Of a stretch of 64,000 nucleotides of DNA, positions 45,901 to 57,185 are shown piece after piece. The DNA is from Macrostomum lignano (Eukaryota). The stretch covers positions 1-64,000 of the forward strand of contig NIVC01000455.1 in the NCBI GenBank assembly GCA_002269645.1. The letters are read 5' to 3'. Numbering within the stretch: position 1 is the stretch's first letter; every line of letters begins with the position of its first letter. The notes under the pieces were generated by a model. It ran no database searches. It saw only the letters and a program-made list of their open reading frames with translations, and was not told the origin of the DNA. A program made the translations under genes and the position numbers.

Positions 45901-48662
45901 CGAGCTCGGGAGTCCCATCCTGACAAGAGAGGCGACAGCATCCTCAAGCAGCAATTCCAGGAGTGCGAGGAAGCGTACCGGCTGCTATCCTGCCCGTTCC
46001 GCCGAAAGCTACATTATTTGTTCGGAGGCATGATTTTGGAGCCCGATAAGCTACTAGAAATTGCGGAGGAGATGCTGGACGACGACGAGATGCCGGATGA
46101 TCTACGGGACGAAGTGATACGCAAGCCTGGACATCCTAAACTAATTAACCTAACTTGTCCTTGTTTTTTCTTTTTCCTCAGTCTCAATGTAAAAAAAATA
46201 AATTAATTTTTGGGGGGAGGATGCAGTCAGTGTTTCATTTGGTTATAACCATTCGTTATTTAAAATCGCACATGTTAAATCTTTTGGTCAATTTTGCATT
46301 TACTCTATAGGTTTTGTAGTGAAATTCATAGTCATAGTCATAGTCATATTTGTACACAATTTGTTAATTTACTGCAAAAAGTTATTGGGTTTTGAACTCT
46401 CATTCATAATTTCTGTTAGTACTCGAGAATTCAAAAAAATGTTCCATTTTTTGGGAGAAGTGTCGCGACTTTCCTAGTCATTTCTTAGTTCACCTTCACT
46501 TGTCTCTGTTTACTCTGTTTTCTCTCTCTCTCTCTGTCTAGCTCAATCTTGTTATTCTTATCTGTCTCTCCCTTGCTGCGTTCTGATTGGCTCTCCGTTC
46601 TCGCCTTTTTCCTCAATCGCGCACCCCACCCCCTTGTCTTATCTTGCACCCCTAAAGTTAATGTCATATAAATATATCGGTTTGGGCCTTGTGCCGACTT
46701 GCTGGCTCCTTATTCAATTTAACACCTAATTTAAACGTAGTGTGTTTACTCTTATTATTTTCTCGACAGAAGGAGACAGGTTGGCCGAAGAAACGTTCCA
46801 GCGGCAATGGGAGTCAGCGAGTGAAACCGAGACGGAGAATAGTGAAATTGGTTACGCAGTGACGGACGAGGAAAACGTAGCGGAGCGTGGCCAGGAGGAG
46901 GAGTTTGAAGTTTTGAATGTGTTGGCAGTGCGCGAAACTGAGGAGGGAAGAGAGTTTCGTCTGCAGTGGGCCGGGTTCGACGTTCTCGACAGTAGCTGGG
47001 TAAGAGAGGAAGCGTGCGGAGGATGCGCTGAACTCATCGCAGAATTCCTACGGAAAATAAGCCAGCTACAGGTGACCCCGCGTCCACCGGTTCGAGTCGC
47101 CGAAATTCCTGGAATCGGGCTGATAAAAAAGCGCTTACACCAAGCAGTGCGGAGCGGTGATCGTTGGGCCCTCTTCTGTGTAGTTTTTGCCCTGAAACCT
47201 CTGTGTGCTGTCAACCGGGTGGACTTCAGAGAATTCGTCCCGGAGTTGTTCCTGCAAGTTTTTGGGTTTGTCGAGCGCGACGGCCGCAAGTATCCGGGGC
47301 ACGGAGTTCGTCGGTGGAGTCGCCAAGCGTGCCAAGCGGTCTACATGTCGGTGATGGTGGTGTTCCCGCTGTTCGACCTGCGACGCCAGGGTTTGGTCCT
47401 GGGTGCCCTCCGTAGGCTGTGGGATTCGTGCGCTGGCTGAGGCTGTGTCTTCCTAGGGACTTTGGGGCTAGGGACTTTGCAGTGCAGACCCAGGGACAGC
47501 GGAGCGGAGGTGGACCGGCGTTGACGGGTCCTAACGGAGCGACACGGCTGCGCAGCAACGGCAGGACTCGACGACCAGTGCAGCGCGACCAGAGCAACCG
47601 GTGACAGTAGCGACAGAGAGACGAGGCACCAGAGCGACGGCCGTTCTCGGCGGGATGAAGGGATTCAGTGCCAGTGTTACTTGAGAGAGTTTAATGTTTG
47701 ACGGTTTCATGTTTGACGGTTTCATGTTTGTCAGTTTCATGTTTGACGGTTTCATGTTTGACGGTTTCATGTTTGTCAGTTTCATGTTTGTCAGTTTCAT
47801 GTTTGTCAGTTTCATGTTTGACGGTTTCATGTTTGTCAGTTTCATGTTTGTCAGTTTCATGTTTGACGGTTTCATGTTTGTCAGTTTCATGTTTGTCAGT
47901 TTCATGTTTGACAGTTTCATGTTTGACGGTTTCATGTTTGTCAGTTTCATGTTTGTCAGTTTCATGTTTGTCAGTTTCATGTTTGACGGTTTCATGTTTG
48001 TCAGTTTCATGTTTGTCAGTTTCATGTTTGACGGTTTCATGTTTGACGGTTTCATGTTTGTCAGTTTCATGTTTGTCAGTTTCATGTTTGACGGTTTCAT
48101 GTTTGTCAGTTTCATGTTTGTCAGTTTCATGTTTGTCAGTTTCATGTTTGACGGTTTCATGTTTGTCAGTTTCATGTTTGATGGTTTCATGTTTGACGGT
48201 TTCATGTTTGACGGTTTCATGTTTGTCAGTTTCATGTTTGTCAGTTTCATGTTTGACGGTTTCATGTTTGACGGTTTCCTAGCTGTCTTTCATCATACTT
48301 CTGGGTCTACTTTTAGGTTGTGCCTTTTATCATTCTTCCTACGAATGATATTAGTTACTAGTATGAAAGCTTCTCAGAAACCATTTCAGCTGTATATACT
48401 TTTTAACATTAACCTATTGGCCCTATGCAGTGCACATTTAACCATGACTGAGAGCAGCCATGTAACAATCTTATGCAACACCTACCTTAAAGTACTGTAC
48501 TCCATTGTGCGTGCCATTGTGCCGGCCGCGCTCAGGTTCATCCCAGTCTATGCCTAGCCAAGTGTCTCGACTGCTACCCACTGGCCCAATGTATTTCACA
48601 ATGCCAAAATGACCATCTAGTTCAATGCGACGACCAAGCAAGTCTGGTGAAGAACCTGTCAT
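36964..48662 (-). CDS. TBCE: Tubulin-specific chaperone E (CAP-Gly + LRR + UBL), 7 exons, 537 aa
   Basis: Exons 48486..48662, 41026..41269, 40222..40407, 38889..39208, 38332..38483, 37749..38055, 36964..37191, totalling 1614 nt in frame with GT-AG junctions. CAP-Gly GRRIELDGHFGIVKYIGPV..WLGIDWDEPERGRHNGTHNGVQYFK; LRRs LTELDLSLTLFHDW, LESLALSGNRLADW; ERFGAEIDYLK; C-terminal UBL KRLPGRMLVQHL..VLYYNIASGDTIL. Confidence 0.95.
37196..37650. repeat. Intronic minisatellite, 23-bp unit, same family as 31190..34480
   Basis: gttcagggcgattcttggggttt grading into ggttcagggcgattcttcaggat. Confidence 0.95.
39250..40175. repeat. Intronic minisatellite, 23-bp unit
   Basis: tatctacctgttctatctgccgt. Confidence 0.95.
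40580..40900. repeat. Intronic minisatellite, 21-bp unit
   Basis: cctcgctgaagaatagggatt. Confidence 0.95.
41440..41820. repeat. Intronic minisatellite, 33-bp unit
   Basis: cttcaggttgtgtctttcatgatacttccgact. Confidence 0.95.
41845..42601 (+). repeat. Putative 5' LTR (TG...CA, about 41845..42581) and primer-binding site (42585..42601)
   Basis: Starts TGTGACG, contains AATAAA near 42222, ends CACCACA, then AAT and TGGCATCCTTGGTGGGA. The latter resembles the complement of a tRNA-Asn 3' end (TGGCGTCCCTGGGTGGG, recalled). Boundaries cannot be confirmed without a second LTR. Confidence 0.55.
42689..43717 (+). pseudogene. Gypsy gag, disrupted by frameshifts/deletion
   Basis: Gly/Ala-rich N-terminus; retrotransposon-gag core YRTELSNREQSEKESVEDFSEAVIELVANAFP..KERFMRGV..PETLADA; zinc knuckles CFSCREWGHISSKC and CHKCNSEGHLSFKC; breaks near 42950 and 43385. 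Confidence 0.85.
43663..43704 (+). promoter_or_regulatory. Programmed -1 ribosomal frameshift signal (gag-pol)
   Basis: Slippery heptamer G GGA AAC at 43663..43669 in gag phase; hairpin gggaccgac (43678..43686) / gtcggtaccc (43695..43704) 8 nt downstream; the pol ORF is in the -1 frame. Confidence 0.75.
43663..45729 (+). pseudogene. Gypsy pol remnant: protease, RT, start of RNase H, integrase-like C-terminal tail
   Basis: ALLLDSGASVSVL; in-frame TAG at 44215; RT 44641..45297 (KKDGSLRFCCDYRKL, MDMQSGYWQ, VMPFGLTNSPASF, LVYLDDLLV, KCAFL..VTFLGH); shifted frame DWPTTKNAKEVRSFLGLCGYY; junction near 45425 to an acidic tail ending RPRRRRRPPDRF. Confidence 0.9.
45826..46206 (+). CDS. J-domain (DnaJ/Hsp40-type) ORF inside the retrotransposon
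   Basis: MSNLYERLGVAKEATTSEIRKAFYRRARESHPDKRG..QFQECEEAYRLLSCPFRRKLHY: canonical LY..LGV..A...EI.KA....A...HPDK..F....EAY..L..R pattern. Confidence 0.85.
   Translation: MSNLYERLGVAKEATTSEIRKAFYRRARESHPDKRGDSILKQQFQECEEAYRLLSCPFRRKLHYLFGGMILEPDKLLEIAEEMLDDDEMPDDLRDEVIRKPGHPKLINLTCPCFFFFLSLNVKKIN
46770..47440 (+). CDS. Chromodomain-containing ORF/exon inside the retrotransposon
   Basis: EEEFEVLNVLAVRETEEGREFRLQWAGFDVLDSSWVREEACGGCAELIAEFLRK resembles the HP1 chromodomain (EY.VE.V...R......Y.LKW.GF....NTWE.E..L.C..LI.EF). Preceded by ctaat..ttattattttctcgacAG acceptor at 46769. Confidence 0.8.
47690..48280. repeat. Intronic minisatellite, 15-bp unit
   Basis: gtttgacggtttcat / gtttgtcagtttcat. 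Confidence 0.95.
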
Positions 48663-51600
48663 GCCAGTTGCTAGGCTGAGGGAATTTGGGTAAATGGGAT
48701 AGCTTGGATTTCATCTGATTTCATTAAACATATTTTGTAAGATAACAAAGGAAACAAACCACATTATTAAATATTCAGGTGCCATAGTAGATATGGATTC
48801 CATGACCATAAGCATATTGATAATGCATTTCATGTTCTTATTTTAATAGCAATTAGAAATACAAATTTTATATCTTTTATTTAGGCCTATTTTCTTATTA
48901 AAATACTTTATAATATCAAAGAAAAGTTTTATACTTGATTTTGGCATATTTACTAAAAGTGTGACTGAAATTATTATATAAAAATGATTTTTTAAAATAT
49001 ACTATCATTTCTAGGCCAACCTAAGCCAAGAATAAGGCAAGGCATCAACAATGAATTAATTTGACTCAACTTTAAATTTGTTGCGCCAGGGTGCCAAAAG
49101 GCCTCCTGCAACCATCAATTCAGTGCAATAGCCTCTAGAAGGCAACATGTCTTGGTTTATTGGGATGACATTTCTGATGGTAAATGCCATTTTGTCTTCA
49201 AGGATGAGTTAATCCCATTGTCAACTAACAAGTCTCTGAAGATTAAGAAAGAGAAAGAAAAGTAGAATTCAAGGACAATGATAGAAAGATTTGAATTGGA
49301 AAAGTTGGCTAGCAAATAGAAGACTATTGTACTATATCACAATATATATAAGTTTTAATAAAATCCTGCTATACTTAACACTTATCAACTAACTTACTAA
49401 CTCAAAATAGAAAAGGCATGAATAAGAGGACTCTACACTAGATAAATAATCCTGATAACAACTCAACTAGCAAGGCAGACACTGATTCTATTGCTGTTTC
49501 TAGACATCCTGCTATTGGTGGCACCAATGAAGAGACTGCAGCCACCAAGGACAATAGCATAGCCTTAGCTTCCAGAAGTTTAACCAATTTATATGTGCCA
49601 ACAAAGCCAGGTTGGTTTTTTATGCCTTGAAGCATCTTATCTAGGTGCAATAGTCATGCATACAAATTAATTGTATTAGTATTCATCAGATCACAATAGG
49701 ACTCTAAATTGCAGGCATTATAAATTGCAGTAAATCATCAAATTACAGGGATTAAGTTTAGTATTATATGGAATGTATTTGTATGGAATATGGAATACAA
49801 GACTACACAACTAAATTTTTTATCCTATTTTCAAACTATAATAGGCAGTGAGTCCTGCACCTTAGTAATTCTATTGTTAATCAATAGTCTTGACATTATT
49901 CCATATGAGTGCAATATTAGCACTCTTAATAGACTGCAACAGAACAGCTTTGATCTGATTCTAATTTTGCAAGAGGACCTCAATCATCAATGTCACTACT
50001 GTTAACTTGGACTGGGAGGTGAAGAATGAAGAGCAGCAACAAGAAAACTAGCCAGAACAAGTTTGCCCTGAATTGGAAAAAAACCAGCCTAGAAAAGGAG
50101 AGTCAAGGCATCAGTTATATCTTTCTATTTAGGAACTCAAGTGAACCCAATGGTGCCAAACATGGAATTTATAATTCTCAATTGTTGCAGCACATTTGTG
50201 AGTCATACGAGTAAAGACATGCTAAAAACAAAGTTGATATAAGTGAGCTGAAATTGCTTGTAAGAGCCAAGTAGTTCTGTCAAAGGCTGTTCCAAGATAT
50301 GATGTCTAGACTAACTGCAATTTGCTCTTCAAGAAGAGGTCTATGATTCAATGTGTTCTATTCCACTTTTACAAGCCTAGCAAAGCTGTTGTAAAAATAA
50401 AGGACTTTTATAATTGGCTGCAAACATGGGAAGGTGACAGTCTATGGCATTGTTAGCTACAAATAATGTTTCTACCATTGAAAAAAATTACTGAAGCATG
50501 CAATGCAAAGGACTTGCTTGCATTTATTTTACTGGAGATAGCCATGATAAACTTGCTAGTTTTGTGGAGAAGCAAAGTAAAAGAACATTTGCTGACTAGT
50601 TATGCATCAATGCTGACATATCTTGTGCCTTGCTTTAGGCATATCATCTTGTTGAGCCTAGAGATTTTTGGGCCTAAAAAGATATCTTTTTGAGTTTGAA
50701 GAATGCTTGGAGTAATTGGCAAAAATTTTCTATATATAATGCAATGGTGTAGATTGTATAAAAGTGAATGTTGATTTTGTAGATGAAGTTAAGCTTATAT
50801 AGTAAAATTTTAAATGATTGATTGTGATTGTGATTGTGATTTTAATTTTCTTAGGCCTAAAATATACAAGGGGAGCATAGAAAACAATTTTTCCATTTTG
50901 CTATAATTTTGCCATTTTGCCATTTTGCCAATTGCCTTTAATTCCTTTTCATTATGTAGTAGAAATAATTTAGTATATTATATTTGTATATATTATATTT
51001 CTATTTAATATTTCTATTATTGAAAAAATTTCTATATTAATGTTAAATTTTCTGAATTTGCTGAATTTTCTATGCTGAATTTAAAAGCAATTTCTATTAA
51101 ATTCTATTTCTATAATAAATGTGAAGATATGGTACTAAATTCTATCTATAGTATATAGACTTTACTGTTTTGTTAAATAAGTATGAATAGCTTAATTTTC
51201 TCATATGCTTATTGGTACTCATATTTTATTCCCTTGAAGTTCCTTAAATAGATTTTTGTGGCCTATTTTTTAAGAAATTTTCTGCTTTGTAATATTTAAA
51301 AAAGAAATATTTTTTACAGATCAAGCCAAAATGTTGCATGCAAAGGTTTCAAGTGTGCAGTTTTCTTCACCGCACTATGTGCCTCACCAACAAGCTGTCA
51401 AGTGACAGATTTCTATATATAACAGTCAATCATTATAAGTTATGCTTAATTTTTGTAAGTTTTCATCTTTGCTTAAATTATTATGGTCAAGTGGAAACTA
51501 TGAAATGCATCTATTTAAACTAGGCTAAATGAAGTTAATATATTTATTTATAAGTCGCAGATCTAGTTTCACTGATATTTTCAATAATTCTTAAACATTT

Positions 51601-53130
51601 TGAGCTTGTTTGATGACTATTAAATATTAATGAACCTTTAGATAGTACATGTAAGTATAATAAAAAATTCCCTTTGGTCTGCATGGAATCCCCCACACTA
51701 GGCAATTTTCATTGTTTTATATTTTAAAACAATTGATTGAGTAGCAACAGACAAGAGAAGTAGGATTCTTAGAGTCTTTTCTTTTCATATCAGCGTGCAG
51801 CCTGGCCAAAAAGCTGCAATAGTTATAGCTACATTACTAGCTAATGAGCCACCCTGTGATAACTATAAAGAACTAAATAGTTACTATGAGGAATGCCTTA
51901 AGGCTGCCAAAACAGGCTGGGAGGAGCAACAAAGACATGATCAACAGATCAAGTGGCCTATGGCAAATTTGCAAAGCCAATAGGTACCTGCATTCAATTC
52001 AGCTCATAGTACGCATTTTTGGTGCACCTTGTGCCACTTTCTGCAACTGTATGCCAATTGTCTTTAGAGCCAACATAGCCATAACCCACCACATACTGTT
52101 GAGCAGTGGAATGTAAGTTCTTAACTTTTCCATCATTTGTTTTTTTTAATCTGGCCATTTATTGTTTCTGTCACTTAGACATGTTCTCAGACACAATAGT
52201 AAAGGAGAGTTTACCCTTATTGTTTTATTTTAACATCTATAGGGTTACATATATGTTGTTGCTTCAGGGCAAAAATTGGTTTTACATTGCTGGTGTACCT
52301 GCATTGAAAAGCTTGCAATTAGATTGGTAGGCCTAGTATTTGTTGATGACAGCGGTAAATATAAAAATAATTTTAGCTCCTGTTCAATAATTTATCTTAT
52401 CAAATACTATTTTATTAAAAATATTGATGTTAAGAAATTGTGTATTGTTTGTTTCTTTCTTGTTTTTTTTGTTTTATTGCAAATATACTAAATCTCTAAT
52501 TAGTTACTATATATACTATATTAGCAAACTAATAATGTAGTTTTTATTGTCCATTTTTTACGATTGTAATCAATTTACATCTGCTTTGACAAATGATCTG
52601 ATAAAATTAGCCTAGCAATTAAAGTCTGCACTTGCACAGACATTTCTAGAAGCCTAATTTGACATGAATTTTGGCCATTGCACCCCAGCTCTAAAGCTCA
52701 AGCTTCTGCTTCTAACTGTACTGCTGTTTCTATCAAGCTTCTATTGCAGCTAAAGGCAATCAATGAGAGCATTGTGCTAGGTCTTTGTTCAATGCACATT
52801 TGGTAATGGCATCCTCAGGTCTCTTTTGTGGGGTCAAACCGGGATATAAATAGTTATTTTACTGTTAGATATTTTAAGTTAATAAGCAATACCTAAAGCT
52901 GTTGATTTCTGTTGATTTTTTGTAGATTTTTATCATAGTCTTTTATTTACAATGACATGTTTATCTATACCAAATTGCCAATTTTTAGTTTAAGAGCCAC
53001 GAAGATACATTGGTGCAATCTGGGTTTTTTTTTCGCCAGAGATAAGGTGCGAAATCGCACCTTGTGCCAAATTTCAAGGTGCGATTTTAAGGCTCAGAGT
53101 GCAATTTCTCTTGAGTCTTGTTTAGAATGT

Positions 53131-55603
53131 GAGGGTTTCACAAGAGATATTCAGACAGACATTCGAAACGATCGTCTGTAACTTTAAACAAAATTGACCC
53201 GCTTCAACCATCTTTTTGGCAAATACTTACGCAAGTGTTGGGTGTCGAATAAGCTTTAATTTATTAACTGAAGTAAAAATCCTTCTGACATACATTGATT
53301 TAAAAATTGCTTAGCAACACTAGCTCTGATTAGAAATCGCTTTACTGTTGACTAAAATTGTTTTGATTGTAGCAGCCTAAAAGCAGATACTGGATTTAAA
53401 AATGCTTCGATTTACTCTATACGCATGTCTCAGCTTTAAAATGACACCTCAGGCGTCGCAAAAGACAGCTTTGATGCTGAGATATTCGACACTAAACAAT
53501 TGCTTTGTGCAAACTCACATTCAGAAATTTCACTGATTTTTATCGATATTTGTGCAGCTGCCATGTCCTTGTTTTTCATCAGAAACTTGTCAAATTCTAG
53601 TCATGTCCAGTTTAAACCTGGACTTCTCTTAAACTGTCTTAAGTATTTGATTTTTAATGATTCCTGCCTTTATATTGCATAGATTGTACCTGAGTCAGTG
53701 AGTCTGTGAGTGTACATTTGTACATTTGGCAACCAATCATGACTTTTTCACCGCTTTGCGGTTCAAATAAATAAACGAGTGTACAAGAAACATGTTCCAA
53801 TTGTTATTGAGAGAAATTGACGTCGCGTTTATTAACAGTCAGTGGCAATTAATATGAAGCAAATAGTTTATTGTTATGTTTTTACTTTTTTTGCGTGGCA
53901 ATTCTGCTATCCAAATTGGAATGAGGTAAGCGGTGGGAATAAAATAAAAAGGAAGAATTTTTTCTACTGTTGTTGCAACCCAATAGCTATATGTACTTCA
54001 AACTTTTTAGATTGAACAGGCGATTTCTAATGTACTGCTAAGCTTTCCAATCCCTACGGACTACCGTAGCAGTTCTTAACTTTTTTTCTGTCTTGACTTC
54101 TAGACTCGGAATTCGGAACAACCTAAGGAGCCGCATGAAAATATTTAATTGGATAAAGATATTTTCTAAAAACAGCTCAAGTCGTGACACATCTTCTTCT
54201 CACCTCAGTCCATCAACTGCTGCTCCTTCTGAGACCGAAGCAATCGTGAAAGTAAAACAGATCAGTTTAGATCCCATGGCCATGAATACAACCATTTCAA
54301 TTGTGAACCTGCTTTGCTTACGAGTACGAGCACTAGCCTTCCATTTGATGCCATTAGCTCACTTAACTCTGAAATAGTTCAAGGATGGTTCCAAATGTTG
54401 AGATCTGACGTAGAAGCAGTCCAATTTGCGGAAATTTATCAACTGGACTCCATGAATCACTCCAATGAAAGGCGGCAAATAGCTGCAGAATGCGTAAACA
54501 AGTTTAAGTGAGTCACAAAACCCCCATTTACAGTAACTACATACACTTGTACGTTAGCAAGGCTCCATGCGATGGTTAATAAATGGAGAAGTAGACAAGC
54601 ATCTGAACAAATATTGAATAAAAATCAGTGAAGTTTCCGAATGTGAGTTTGAGCAAAGCAATGTTTAGTGTCGAATATCTCAGCATCAAAGCTGTCTTTT
54701 GCAACGCCTGAGGTGTCATTTTAAAGCTGAGACATGCTTATAGACATGACTAGAATTTGACGAGATTCTGATGAAAAACAAGGACACGGCAACTGCACAA
54801 ATATCGACAAAAAATCAGTGAAATTTCTGAATGTGAGTTTGCGCAAAGCAATGCATGTTTAGTGTCGAATATCTCAGCATCAAAGCTGTCTTTTGCGACG
54901 CCTGAGGTGTCATTTTAAAGCTGAGACATACGTATAGAGTAAATCGAAGCATTTTTAAATCCAGTATCTGCTTTTAGGCTGCTACGATCAAAACAATTTT
55001 AGTCAACAGTAAAGCGATTTCTAATCTGAGCTAGTGTTGCTAAGCAATTTTTAAATCAATGTATGTCAGAAGGATTTTTACTTCAGTTAATAAATTAAAG
55101 CTTATTCGACGCCCAACACTTGCGTAAGTATTTGCCAAAAAGATGGTTGAAACGGGTCAATTTTGTTTGAAGTTACAGACAATCATTTTGAATGTCTGTC
55201 TGAATGGGTCTCCCTAAAACACGCCCCGCACCGCCCTGCAGCGCTACACATTAAAACAAATTGGACTATAACTAAAGACACTTCAGAATGCGTTTTCTGT
55301 TAAGCTTCAAGTTTTTATTAAATTTAGTTTTTTTACTTTGAAATATAAAATTTGGTGAACAATAAGTGATATTAATAATAATATTAATAAAATAATAATA
55401 TTATAAATTAATAATGAAAACGAGAATATAAAAAAAATAATATTTAAAAAAATAAATAAATATGTTTATTCCATTACTATTTTAACTTTTCCTTGCAATC
55501 AAATACTGCATTGACAAAAAATGTTATAATGTGTAGCGGTTTGGGGCCCGGTGCGGGGAGTGTTTTAGGGAGCCCCTGTCTGAATATCTCTCGTGAAACC
55601 CTC
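53131..55603. mobile_element. Foldback-like element with about 480-bp inverted arms (middle element of the nest)
   Basis: 53131..about 53610 is the reverse complement of about 54740..55205 plus 55586..55603 at high identity; part of the right arm is duplicated at about 54622..54740; no TSD resolved. Confidence 0.8.
55206..55576. mobile_element. Mutator-like MITE, 371 bp (inner element of the nest)
   Basis: 9-bp TSD tgtctgaat at 55197..55205 and 55577..55585; about 47-bp imperfect TIRs GGG(T/G)CTCCCTAAAACAC..; AT-rich interior. Confidence 0.88.
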
Positions 55604-57185
55604 ATATTGCTCACATTTCTGACAACTGGGAATGTATATTTTAATATCTTACATAAGGCTATAGCTATAGGCTATATCGCCTATATGACTTAATAGGATT
55701 TAAAGAGTTATTTTGTTTCATATTTTAAGGCAGTGCATAAAAAATAGCTTAAGCATGGTTAAGCCTTTAAAGAAAAATGGTTATAAGACCGCACCTAAAC
55801 CGCACCTACTTTTTTAATTTCAGGGTGCGATTTTAAAATTTAGGGTGCATACGCACACTCTGCGCACAAAAAAAAACCCTGGGTGCAATCACTAGTAGTT
55901 CAACTTGATGGTTGCTTTGGGATGCAGCATTGTGCTTCTGTTGGCAAGGCACTGCTTTTGGAGCAGAGTGTTGATGGGTACTTTATCCAACCCAACATGA
56001 GTACCAACATGTCTACCTTGCCCTTGTCTGCCATCCAGGTGGAACCAGGTTTTATCCTTAGCAACTAGGCAGTTTAGGTTGTCATTCAAACCCCAGCTAC
56101 TAAACACCTTGCAGATCTGCTTGGTGCAGGCATCTTGTCAAGATTCATGATGATTATTGTTTGCTGCATAGACAAATTTTGATTGTGCTGTCCCTGCTAA
56201 ATCTACTTATTAAACTCTTCCAATAGGTTGGTCTGTAAACACCAACACCTAATGCACATCTTAAATGCACTGGTATAGCTTACACTAAATATAATTTGTA
56301 GCTGCACTACCCACAAGTGTAGGCCTATGCCTATATAATCTAGACAGGTATACAGTGACATAAACTTTGACACACCCAAAGTATATGGAAAGACAAAAAA
56401 CCAAGGTAAAAATAAATGACAATCAGGGGGTAGGCCTACACTTTGCTACAAGTGATCTTTAATACAAATGATCTTTAATCCAAAATGAGTGAACTATTCC
56501 TATGGCTATGCTATGCTATGCCTATGCAGTACTTCAATATAGGGGGTCTAGTTGCAATTGGTATAACTATAACCAATCTTTTAAAGCTAGAACAAATTTT
56601 TACGCTTTAAATTCAAAAAGTGCTAGAATACACGTATTAAAACGCCAATACGCCATCTAATCCCTGTACATTTTTGACGTGGGACTTTTATTGGCACGTA
56701 GTTTATCGCGTGTGTTGTAGTGTTTTAAAGTCATTATTGTAGTCAACGGTGTTGTAGTTTTTAACTTATGCTTTTAAACAAATGATAACGTCCAACTACT
56801 GAAAAACTTTTAGCTTGTGACTTAAAAGTAGCATGACACTTAGCAAAAGCATAGTTTAAAGTGTGCTTTATTTTTATGATATTTTGCTTATTTAAGCACA
56901 TCAACTTTTTAAACGAAGATATTTAATTTATTAAAAATTATCGCGCTCAGCCGCCACCACCTTCCGCTGTGCATTTAATGGACAAGCAATATTTGAGAAT
57001 ATCGCAATCTCTTTAAGAGTGCTTTCTTTTCTAGGACAATGTTACTTGAATCGTTGATAAAAATTTCATTTCCTAATTATTTGTCAATGTATACTAGCTA
57101 ATGTATAGCCAATGTATACTATATTATAATACATTACGTTTGTCATTTTTCTGGTTTTAGTTCGTTTATTTTAGAGAAAGTTGAA

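Larger units (their letters stand above)
41845..47670 (+). mobile_element. Defective Ty3/Gypsy LTR retrotransposon with accessory J-domain and chromodomain ORFs, in TBCE intron 1 antisense to the host gene
   Basis: LTR-like leader, PBS, gag with 2 CCHC knuckles, aspartic protease LLDSGAS, RT (DYRKL, MPFGL, YLDD), start of RNase H fused to an integrase-like tail, then extra ORFs and a purine tract near 47650-47662. No recognisable 3' LTR. Confidence 0.9.
53020..55881. mobile_element. Non-autonomous hAT-like DNA transposon (outer element of the nest)
   Basis: 8-bp TSD ggtgcaat at 53012..53019 and 55882..55889; termini CTGGGTTTTTTTTT.. and ..AAAAAAAAACCCTG; subterminal aggtgcg/cgcacct repeats at both ends. 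Confidence 0.8.

Noticed and set aside
47419-47604. ORF beginning xGFVRWLRL, similar to gag MNFVKWLRL
   Set aside because: Similarity covers only about 7 residues with poor DNA identity; treated as coincidence.
47660-47700. Possible start of a 3' LTR after the purine tract
   Set aside because: Only loose similarity to the 5' LTR start over about 25 bp before the satellite begins; cannot be supported.
51780-52820. Possible MULE/FLYWCH transposase remnants in the CpG-poor block
   Set aside because: Only fragmentary motif resemblance (e.g. PHTVEQWNV); not enough to assign a family.
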